The position numbers and the translations under genes are program-made. A stretch of 22,789 nt of DNA, taken from an uncultured virus (IMG/VR IMGVR_UViG_3300030061_000857). Lineage: Duplodnaviria; Heunggongvirae; Uroviricota; Caudoviricetes; Crassvirales. The notes beneath the pieces were generated by a model, which saw only the letters and a list, made by a program, of their open reading frames with translations, had not been told where the DNA came from and ran no database searches. This document shows positions 1-8,200 of this stretch, in pieces (positions within the stretch are counted from its first letter, which is position 1; each line of letters starts with the position of its first letter). The stretch lies in the IMG/VR virus record IMGVR_UViG_3300030061_000857; one strand, given 5' to 3'.

Positions 1-1
1 T

Positions 2-1096
2 ATCACTGTGTTAATTATGAATACTGGAGCAATGGCAGGGCAAAGTAAAACAGTACAGTTTTTTGATAACTCTGGTAATTTACTTTACACAGATCCTACT
101 ACATATACTAATGCAAATAGTCCTAATCATCAATTTACTTCTACACTTTCTAATGTAGGTCCTGGAGTTTATTTAGCAGTTGTAACTGATAACTTTGGAT
201 GTGTAGAAAATATATATGGAACTGTAGGTAGTACTACAGCAAACTGTGGGTGTACAGATCCAAATGCATCTAACTACGACCCAACAGCAACTACAGACGA
301 CGGATCATGTTTATATCCAGGATGTATAGATCCTAATGCTTTAAACTATGATCCTAACGCATCAATAGACGATGGCTCGTGTGTATATCAAACAGTAGTA
401 AACCCTTGTATTCCTGGAAATACTAATTCATTAATTAGTTTATTACAAGCATGTATAGCTAAGAATGGTTTTACGTATTATAACAAATTAGTTACAGGAC
501 AAGCAGATGATTGTTCTATAATGAATGCTTGGAAAGTTATTTTAATAGAATATCTAGTAAGTAAAAGAGGAACAAAGTGTATATACAATTGTGCAGATTC
601 TGCAACTCCAAATGTATCTACAATTGGAACATGTGCTTCATTATGGACAACAGGAGGACCAGTAACAGGGCTTAATGATCAAGCGCATGCAGGATCTAGT
701 ATAGCAACAGGTGAAGGAACTACAATAACAGATCCTAGTTTATATTTTGTAGCATCAAATACTTTATATTTAGGAGATGTTATAAAAATGCCTAGTGGTC
801 TTATCTATCAAGTAGTTCCACCAACAACTAGTATTAGTGGTGCAGGACACAATCCTGAAACAGCTCAAGGAGCAAAATCTGGTGCTTGGCAACAATGTGT
901 ACCAGGTCTACAAGTAACTTCGTTTCCAGACAGTGTAAATTATTTAGATAATTTTAATACATTTGTAGCTAAGTTCTGTGTAGACTGTAATATAGTAGAT
1001 GAAAATGTGATTAGAAACGTAAAATCAACACCACCATCTAAAAGAGGTAGAAGTGGAAGATTAAGTATAGATGGTATTAACGGTTTAGAAATATAA
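2..1096 (+). CDS. 5'-truncated Cys-rich protein with an SprB-like repeat end and two GCxD repeats; probable virion (tail hub/decoration) protein
   Basis: Frame is open from base 2 (ATC ACT GTG...), so the real start probably lies upstream of the window. LSNVGPGVYLAVVTDNFGC (146-202) resembles the SprB repeat GTYTVTVTDANGC; two GCxDPNAxNYDPxAxxDDGSC repeats at 248-382; ends TAA 1096. Virion role inferred from context. Confidence 0.7.
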   Translation: MTVLIMNTGAMAGQSKTVQFFDNSGNLLYTDPTTYTNANSPNHQFTSTLSNVGPGVYLAVVTDNFGCVENIYGTVGSTTANCGCTDPNASNYDPTATTDDGSCLYPGCIDPNALNYDPNASIDDGSCVYQTVVNPCIPGNTNSLISLLQACIAKNGFTYYNKLVTGQADDCSIMNAWKVILIEYLVSKRGTKCIYNCADSATPNVSTIGTCASLWTTGGPVTGLNDQAHAGSSIATGEGTTITDPSLYFVASNTLYLGDVIKMPSGLIYQVVPPTTSISGAGHNPETAQGAKSGAWQQCVPGLQVTSFPDSVNYLDNFNTFVAKFCVDCNIVDENVIRNVKSTPPSKRGRSGRLSIDGINGLEI

Positions 1097-1105
1097 AAAA
1101 ATAAT

Positions 1106-2551
1106 ATGGCAAAAATAACAGACTTAGGAACTCTAGCAAAAACTTCAGTAGCAAGTACAGATTTTTTACTTGTAACAAGTAGTGCTACAGGACAATCTAA
1201 AAAATTAACAGTAGAAAGCCTATTTCCAGCTGTATCTACAGCAGGGAGTAGCAGTGAAACATTATATAATAGTGCAACACTAACAAATAAAAATCAAATA
1301 GCTTTTAAAGGTATAAAGAGTGGTGATACAGGTTTACTAACTGTAGGAACAACTTCTAGTAATCTTGTATTAACAGTATTAGAAGCTGGTATTGATCTTA
1401 GTTTATGTAACAATGCTACATCTGGATTTATAACTGGTGTAGATTTTTCCGGAACAGTTACAGGAGAATGTGGAGTAACAAACGGAGGTACTGGTTTATC
1501 TACAGTAGCAAAAGGATCTGTACTATATGCAAGTAACACAGATACAATAGCTGCATCAACTGCAATGTCTACAAATGGACAATTACTTATTGGTAATGCA
1601 ACTAATGGTTATCCATCAGTAGCAACACTTACTGCAGGAACAGGTGTAACAATAACTAATGCTGCAGGAGCAATTACAATTGCAGCTTCAATAGCTAATG
1701 CAGAATCAAACATAGATATGCGTAATGCAGCAAATAGTACTACATACAACATAGATTTAGTTGGAGGTACAGCATTTATATCTGGAGATGGATCTGCAGA
1801 AGGTTTAACAGTAGACAATGACGGTAAAGTATTTATAGGACAATCAACTCCTACAGCAGCTTTTGCTGATAGTTTAAATATAAAAGGAGGAATTAGATTT
1901 ACTAATACAGATGCTCCTACAATAAAACCAACAGCTACTACATCGAGTACAGCTGGACAAGCAGTAACAATTGAAGGAGGAAGCAGTGCAGGAGCGGCAG
2001 CTGGTGCTTTAAATTTAAAAGGAGGTACGGCATCAGGAAACGGAGCAGGTGGAAATGTAGTAATTTGTGCAGGTAGAGATACTTCTGGTTCTTCTGATGG
2101 TAATGTACAACTAAAAACTTACACAGGAGGTACAGAAACTGCAGGATTAACTGTTGCAGCAGAAGGACAAAATGTAACAGTTGATACAGGTAATTTAGTT
2201 ATTACTCAAGCAGCTAAAGGTCTTGTACATACAGGCACAGGAACAGTTACACAAGCTTCAAATCACACAACAGGAGTTACAATTAATGCAACTTCTGGTA
2301 GAATAACATTAGCGGCATCAGCTTTAGCTGCAGCAACTAATGCAGAATTTACTGTAACGAATAGTACAGTAACTGCTAACTCAATTATTTTAATAACAGT
2401 GCAAGATGAGAATACAACTGATAATGCACAGTTAACTGCGTGTACGCACACAATAGCGAGTGGTAGTTTTAAAATATCGTTACATAATCCAGCGGCTACT
2501 GGAGCAACATCAGCCACAGCAAGTAAAATTCACTTTTTAGTGATTAATTAA
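1106..2551 (+). CDS. Gly/Thr/Ala-rich phage fibre/structural protein (481 aa)
   Basis: N-terminal MAKITDL...TDFLLV...SKKLTVESL attachment-type motif, internal NGGTG and GQLLIG fibre-shaft motifs, C-terminal GTVTQ...TTGVTINATSGRIT...FTVTNS domain recalled from phage structural proteins; low charge. Confidence 0.7.
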   Translation: MAKITDLGTLAKTSVASTDFLLVTSSATGQSKKLTVESLFPAVSTAGSSSETLYNSATLTNKNQIAFKGIKSGDTGLLTVGTTSSNLVLTVLEAGIDLSLCNNATSGFITGVDFSGTVTGECGVTNGGTGLSTVAKGSVLYASNTDTIAASTAMSTNGQLLIGNATNGYPSVATLTAGTGVTITNAAGAITIAASIANAESNIDMRNAANSTTYNIDLVGGTAFISGDGSAEGLTVDNDGKVFIGQSTPTAAFADSLNIKGGIRFTNTDAPTIKPTATTSSTAGQAVTIEGGSSAGAAAGALNLKGGTASGNGAGGNVVICAGRDTSGSSDGNVQLKTYTGGTETAGLTVAAEGQNVTVDTGNLVITQAAKGLVHTGTGTVTQASNHTTGVTINATSGRITLAASALAAATNAEFTVTNSTVTANSIILITVQDENTTDNAQLTACTHTIASGSFKISLHNPAATGATSATASKIHFLVIN

Positions 2552-2576
2552 TTTATTAACCAAATTCATATAGACA

Positions 2577-2987
2577 ATGAAAAAAATTAAAGCAAAAAAT
2601 GGTGAGTGGGTAAATTTATCAAACCACCTACCAACATTAACAAAAGTAGAAGGTAAACAATTTGCAACAGCAGTTGCAAATAACATTTTAATACTAAGAA
2701 ATTCTCTATCACATTTAGAGGGTATTTTAGTAGCTACTCCGGAGTTTGCAGAGTTAGCTGCAAAAATGAAACCTTACGAAAATAAAACGGATAAAAAATC
2801 TTTAGCAGCAGTTAAAAAACTGCAAAAAGATTATAAAGAAGTATTAGAAGCTAGACAAGCTCAAATTGACGAAGTTAATACAATATTAGCAGAAGAAGTT
2901 GAGATAGAAGTAGCACCTATTACTGAAGATATTTATCCTGATAATATAACAGCTGAACAAATAATAGGCTTACAAATACTTAGATAA
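2577..2987 (+). CDS. Helical/coiled-coil phage protein, DUF1617-like; possible fibre assembly chaperone
   Basis: 136 aa, amphipathic helices, C-terminal ILAEEVEIEVAPI...ITAEQIIGL pattern recalled from DUF1617-type proteins; lies directly after a fibre gene. Confidence 0.45.
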   Translation: MKKIKAKNGEWVNLSNHLPTLTKVEGKQFATAVANNILILRNSLSHLEGILVATPEFAELAAKMKPYENKTDKKSLAAVKKLQKDYKEVLEARQAQIDEVNTILAEEVEIEVAPITEDIYPDNITAEQIIGLQILR

Positions 2988-2988
2988 A

Positions 2989-4047
2989 TTGAAGAAAAAA
3001 TTACTTACATTTATATTAATAGTTATTATAACTTCTTGTGTAGCACCAAAGAAGTGTTGTGGACAATTAGATCTTAAAAAAGCATTTAAGTTCTCAACTT
3101 TCTATGCATCTGTAAACGGAGGTACATCTTTATCAAATGAAGATGTATTCTCTGTTAATACAGGAATATTACAACAAGATGTTATTACTACACCTTATGA
3201 TTATAATCTATCTTTAGGAGTTAGAAAAATAGCTAGGTTTGGTTACGAGAATAGAGCAAATACGTTTTATGATGGTACAGAAACTAGTTGGTCAGACGGT
3301 GCTAATGTAGGTAAAGTATCTGGTTTAGAATTTTTATTTGAAGCTAATTATAAAAGACAGCAAGGTGTAGACTACTTAGATCAGCACCACTTTATTAGAT
3401 TTGTAGCAGATAATTATATTTTAAAAGGAGAATATTTAGAAGATGGTTTTGCAGATATTAAATACTTTGAGACATCTCAGAGATATAGATATAAAGCAGA
3501 TAATAAACTATCTTTTAATGTTGGACTTGTACAAAGATTATCAGAGCCTTATGGATATGATCCTTTAGCAGATTGGATGTTAGATAATGGTAATTTACAT
3601 TACACTTATTTAGCAATACAAGAAGGATATGCAATAGATGTATTTAATAGTGAATATAGAGATCCTCAAGGTAATATTGTTGCAACAAGTAAAGAAGTTT
3701 GGGAGGAAGTAGTAATCCCAAATGTATTATATGATTATTCAGAAAGAAAAAGAAACGAGCTAGAAAATACTATACAACACTCTGTAGTATTAGGATTTGA
3801 TTTTTATTATTATAAGAAAAACTTTTGGACTCACAGTTGGGCTAACTTAATGCCATATCATTTAGATAACGGTATATATTCTTACGAGAAATATAACGAC
3901 GGACAATGGTTAGACTATTCTGGAGGTTTAATATTTGGATATAAATACAATAAAAATCTTGGTACATTTATAGAAGGTAAATACAATAAGTATTGGAACA
4001 GAGAATGGTATGATTTTAAATTTGGAATTAATTATATAATATTTTAA
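2989..4047 (+). CDS. Exported putative outer-membrane beta-barrel protein (352 aa)
   Basis: TTG start; N-terminus MKKKLLTFILIVIITSC (basic + hydrophobic signal, Cys17 lipobox-like, alternative G|Q26 cleavage); many Tyr/Phe/Trp-rich alternating strands; ends WYDFKFGINYIIF with terminal Phe like a BamA beta-signal. Confidence 0.65.
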   Translation: MKKKLLTFILIVIITSCVAPKKCCGQLDLKKAFKFSTFYASVNGGTSLSNEDVFSVNTGILQQDVITTPYDYNLSLGVRKIARFGYENRANTFYDGTETSWSDGANVGKVSGLEFLFEANYKRQQGVDYLDQHHFIRFVADNYILKGEYLEDGFADIKYFETSQRYRYKADNKLSFNVGLVQRLSEPYGYDPLADWMLDNGNLHYTYLAIQEGYAIDVFNSEYRDPQGNIVATSKEVWEEVVIPNVLYDYSERKRNELENTIQHSVVLGFDFYYYKKNFWTHSWANLMPYHLDNGIYSYEKYNDGQWLDYSGGLIFGYKYNKNLGTFIEGKYNKYWNREWYDFKFGINYIIF

Positions 4048-4400
4048 TGTACACATACGTAATAACACTAGATAGAGTTGTAGATGGAGATACTATAGAT
4101 GCGATGATTGATCTAGGGTTTGATGTGCACGTTAAAAAAAGAATTAGATTTATGGGTATTAATACTCCTGAATCTAGAACTAGAGATTTAGAAGAAAAGA
4201 AAAGAGGTCTAGCTGCTAAAGCTAGAGTTGAGGAACTGTTAAATAAATGTTCTTGCATTACTTTAAAATCTCATGGCTCAGGTAAATTTGGTAGATGTTT
4301 GGGAGAACTTTTTATTGAATTAGAAAATGAAGCCGTAAACTTAAATCAATTATTAATTTCTGAAGGACATGCAACAGAGTACTTCGGAGGAAAACGTTAA
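4047..4400 (+). CDS. SNase/thermonuclease-family nuclease
   Basis: Motifs RVVDGDTI, IRFMGINTPE, GKFGRCLG, LNQLLISEGHA match the staphylococcal nuclease family; TAATG overlap with the upstream gene; no signal peptide. Confidence 0.9.
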   Translation: MYTYVITLDRVVDGDTIDAMIDLGFDVHVKKRIRFMGINTPESRTRDLEEKKRGLAAKARVEELLNKCSCITLKSHGSGKFGRCLGELFIELENEAVNLNQLLISEGHATEYFGGKR

Positions 4401-4403
4401 AAT

Positions 4404-4583
4404 ATGAATTGGATAAATAGCTGGAATGCTGGAAACAAAAAAGAAAAATATGAAATAAATTTTAGATTAGGTACACTAACTATTCTTGAAATTGCATTTT
4501 GTCCTTGTGAAATGTGTGAAAACAACGAAGCAAGCTGTGCAAAATTTAGATTTATGGTATTTAATCTTGGATTTGAAATATAG
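4404..4583 (+). CDS. Small hypothetical protein with four Cys (59 aa; not in ORF track)
   Basis: Hand translation MNWINSWNAGNKKEKYEINFRLGTLTILEIAFCPCEMCENNEASCAKFRFMVFNLGFEI*; fills the gap between 4400 and 4591 almost exactly; A at -3. Confidence 0.75.
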   Translation: MNWINSWNAGNKKEKYEINFRLGTLTILEIAFCPCEMCENNEASCAKFRFMVFNLGFEI

Positions 4584-4590
4584 TTGAATT

Positions 4591-4872
4591 ATGGCAAAAG
4601 AACTAAGCGAAGATACAGCAGTACAACTAAGTCTAAAAACATTAGGAGGGGTAGCCTTCTTGATAGCTACCTTAGTTGGTATGTGGTTTACATTGCAAGC
4701 AGATATAAACGAAGCAAAGGAACTACCGGTTCCTCCACCACCTGATGTAACTAGAATGGAATTTGATATGAAAGATCAAATGATTCGTAATACAATTATA
4801 ACTACACAGAAAGATGTAGAAGAAATAAAAACTACTCTTGAAAAAATAGAAGACAAACTATATAACAGATGA
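4591..4872 (+). CDS. Single-pass membrane protein with Pro linker and C-terminal coiled coil (93 aa)
   Basis: Hydrophobic TLGGVAFLIATLVGMWFTL, then PVPPPP, then heptad-like TQKDVEEIKTTLEKIEDKL; ATGA overlap with the next gene. Confidence 0.75.
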   Translation: MAKELSEDTAVQLSLKTLGGVAFLIATLVGMWFTLQADINEAKELPVPPPPDVTRMEFDMKDQMIRNTIITTQKDVEEIKTTLEKIEDKLYNR

Positions 4873-5219
4873 AAAAAATAGACATGTCAAAGGTTATTTA
4901 TGTTTTAATGATGATAATAGTATTTACTATATCACAAGCTTTTGGTCAAATAGTAGTAACAGAATTTAATGCTGAGTGGAATGCTGCTAACAAAGTTGAA
5001 TGGGTAGATAAATTATCTGATTGTGATATAGCAAAAGTTGATATTACAAAAGAAGTAGACTTACAGCAAAAACACAAAGTAGTTATAGTACCTACTATAA
5101 TTATATTTAAAGACGGAGAAGAAATAAAAAGATACCAAGCAGATCTTAGTTTTAAGATGCTTGCAACAAGAAAAGAGATACAAAACTTTATTAATGACCA
5201 AATAATGTCAGATTTTTAA
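4869..5219 (+). CDS. Exported thioredoxin-fold protein lacking the CxxC motif (116 aa)
   Basis: Signal-like VIYVLMMIIVFTISQAFG|Q; VVTEFNAEWNAANK aligns with Trx VDFWAEWCGPCK; AKVDI and VVIVPTIIIFKDGEEIKR (cis-Pro loop) are retained. Confidence 0.8.
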   Translation: MKKIDMSKVIYVLMMIIVFTISQAFGQIVVTEFNAEWNAANKVEWVDKLSDCDIAKVDITKEVDLQQKHKVVIVPTIIIFKDGEEIKRYQADLSFKMLATRKEIQNFINDQIMSDF

Positions 5220-5220
5220 A

Positions 5221-8200
5221 ATGAAAAAATTATTATTAATATTATTATTATTACCTTTTATAGGGTTAGGACAAAATACTTGGGTAAACTACCAAGTACA
5301 ATATGATTTTTATGCACCAGCAGAATCACACTTTTTTATGGTATCTGATGCTAATGGTGATACAGCTATGTTTCATCAACCAACTACTCCTTATGAGTTT
5401 TTAGATACTACAATATTTATAAACTCTGGTAGTTACACAGTATCATTAATTGATAGTTTTGGTGATGGATGGATTTCTAATCAACCAGCATTTTTTAGAA
5501 TGCGTAATTTATGTCAAGGATTAATAATAAACTGGGATCCAGTATTAGGTTCTTTTTATTTAAGAGACACTACTGTAAACATATTGCCTTGCGCACCACC
5601 AGTATATGGGTGTATGGACTCAAACGCTTTAAATTATGACCCGTTAGCTACAATAGATGACGGTAGTTGTACATATCCACCTTGTAATGGTATTATAAAC
5701 GATACAGCTTGGCAGATGTGTTGGGGGTCACAAGCAGCTATATCATGGGAATGGGAAACTCCTAATAATACTAACTGCGCTGTAATAGAGTTACATTATG
5801 GATCTGCAAATGGTTACAATATAACAATACCTGGTTTTTGGCCTAGTGGTGGTTGGAGTAACTTTGCTATAGGTGCAGGACCTGGACAAATGCCACCTAA
5901 TTGGAATGAAGAACATTATATGGTATTAGAGTTTGTTGATGGGACTTTATCAGACACAATGTTTTTTACACCTTATGCTTGTATACCAGGTTGTACAGAT
6001 CCAACACAACAATCTTATAATCCTTGGGCTACAATAGATGATGGCTCATGTGCAGGTACTACATGTGATACTGCAACAGAGTATCAAATTACAATGGAGA
6101 TTACACTTGACAACTGGCCAAATGAAACTTCATGGATAATGAATAGTGGTGGTATAATAGATCAAGCACCACAAGGTACTTATAACTTTAATGATATAGG
6201 ACAAACCTTTACTTACACTTTTTGTGTAGATCAAAATATAGGCTTTGAATTAATATTAAGTGATAGCTATGGTGATGGACTTGCTGGTTCTACATCTGGA
6301 GGATCATTAGATGGTAATGTAGTTATATATGATTGTAATGGTGATACTATATGGAGTTTACCTGATCCTAACTTTGGTAACGTAACTTATTCAGGACCAC
6401 AAAATGGTGTGCCTTGTAATACAACACCAGATATATATGGGTGTACAGATGATGATTATGTAGAATATGTTGATAGCGCAAACGTAGACGATGGTAGTTG
6501 TTTAACATTACACACTTACGGTTGTACTGATTCTGCAGCATTTAACTATAATCCAAACGCTACAATTATGGACTTAGTGCCTGATTGTAATTACACGTTA
6601 ATATTAGAAGATGACGCAGGTGATGGTTGGGGTAACTCATACTTAGGAGTATCACAAGGACAAATGTTATGGAACTTTACAATGGGACCTGGTGCTTATG
6701 CTGATACATTTAATTTAATATTAGACTCAGATCAGCCTGTAACAATATATTACTTTGAAATAGGTGGACCACAAACACCACCTGAAGAAGTACAATTCCA
6801 AACATGGCATAACTCTTTTAAACTTATAAATGCTAATGGTATTGTATTATTAGAAGAAGGCACTAATCCTTTTGCTAATAATGGTCAAGGTGCTTTACAA
6901 GAATTTGATAGTCCTTTCTGGCATACTTATTCTGCAGTACCTTATTGTGGTAATTACTGTATACCTACTATATTAGGTTGTATGGACAGTACAGCTTTTA
7001 ACTATGCAGATTCTGCTAACACAGATGACGGATCTTGTATACCTGTAATATTAGGATGTACTAATCCACTTGCATTTAACTACGACGCATTTGCAAATGT
7101 AGATGATAGTAGCTGTGTCACTACAATTGTAGGTTGTATGGATTCATTAGCATTTAATTACAATCCTTTTGCAAACGTTAATGATCCAGCATCATGTGTA
7201 CCTGTTATATATGGTTGTATGGATGACACTATGTTTAACTACAACCCAGCAGCAAATACACCTGACACATGTATACCAGTAGTATTTGGATGTACAGATG
7301 CATTAGCATTTAACTATGATAGTTTAGCTAACACTAATAATAACTCTTGTATACCATTTATATATGGTTGTACAAATCCTGCGGCATTAAATTATGATCC
7401 GCTAGCAAATACTGATGATTCAACATGTATAGGTGTAGTATATGGGTGTACTGATCCTACAATGTGGAATTATAATCAATTAGCTAATACAGACAATGGA
7501 TCCTGTATTCCTTTTATCTATGGATGTACAGACTCAACTATGTTTAACTATGATCCTTTGGCTAATACAGATAACAATACTTGCATACCTTTTATATACG
7601 GATGCACTAACCCTATAGCTTTAAACTTTGATCAGAATGCTAATACAGATGATTTTAGTTGCATACTTCCTATATACGGTTGTATGGATAGCACTGCATT
7701 TAATTATGATCCTTTAGCTAATGTAGATAATGGTAGTTGTGTACCAGTAATCTTAGGATGTACAAACCCAATAGCATTAAATTATGACCCTAATGCTAAC
7801 ACTGACGATTTTAGTTGTATATTACCAATCTACGGATGTACAGACAGCACAATGTTTAATTACGATCCGTTAGCAAATGTAGACAATGGCACATGTATAC
7901 CATACATATATGGATGTACTAATCCAGTAGCACTTAATTATGACCCAAATGCAAACACAGATGACTTCTCTTGTATATTACCTATATACGGTTGTACAGA
8001 TAGTACTATGTTTAATTATAACCCACTAGCAAATGTTGATAACGGAAGTTGTATTCCTTTTATATACGGTTGTACTAATCCTAATAGTATCAACTATGAT
8101 CCAATGGCTAATACTGAGGATTTTAGCTGCATTCCTTTTATTTATGGGTGCACTGATTCTACAGCTCTTAATTATGACTCATTGGCTAACACAGATAATG

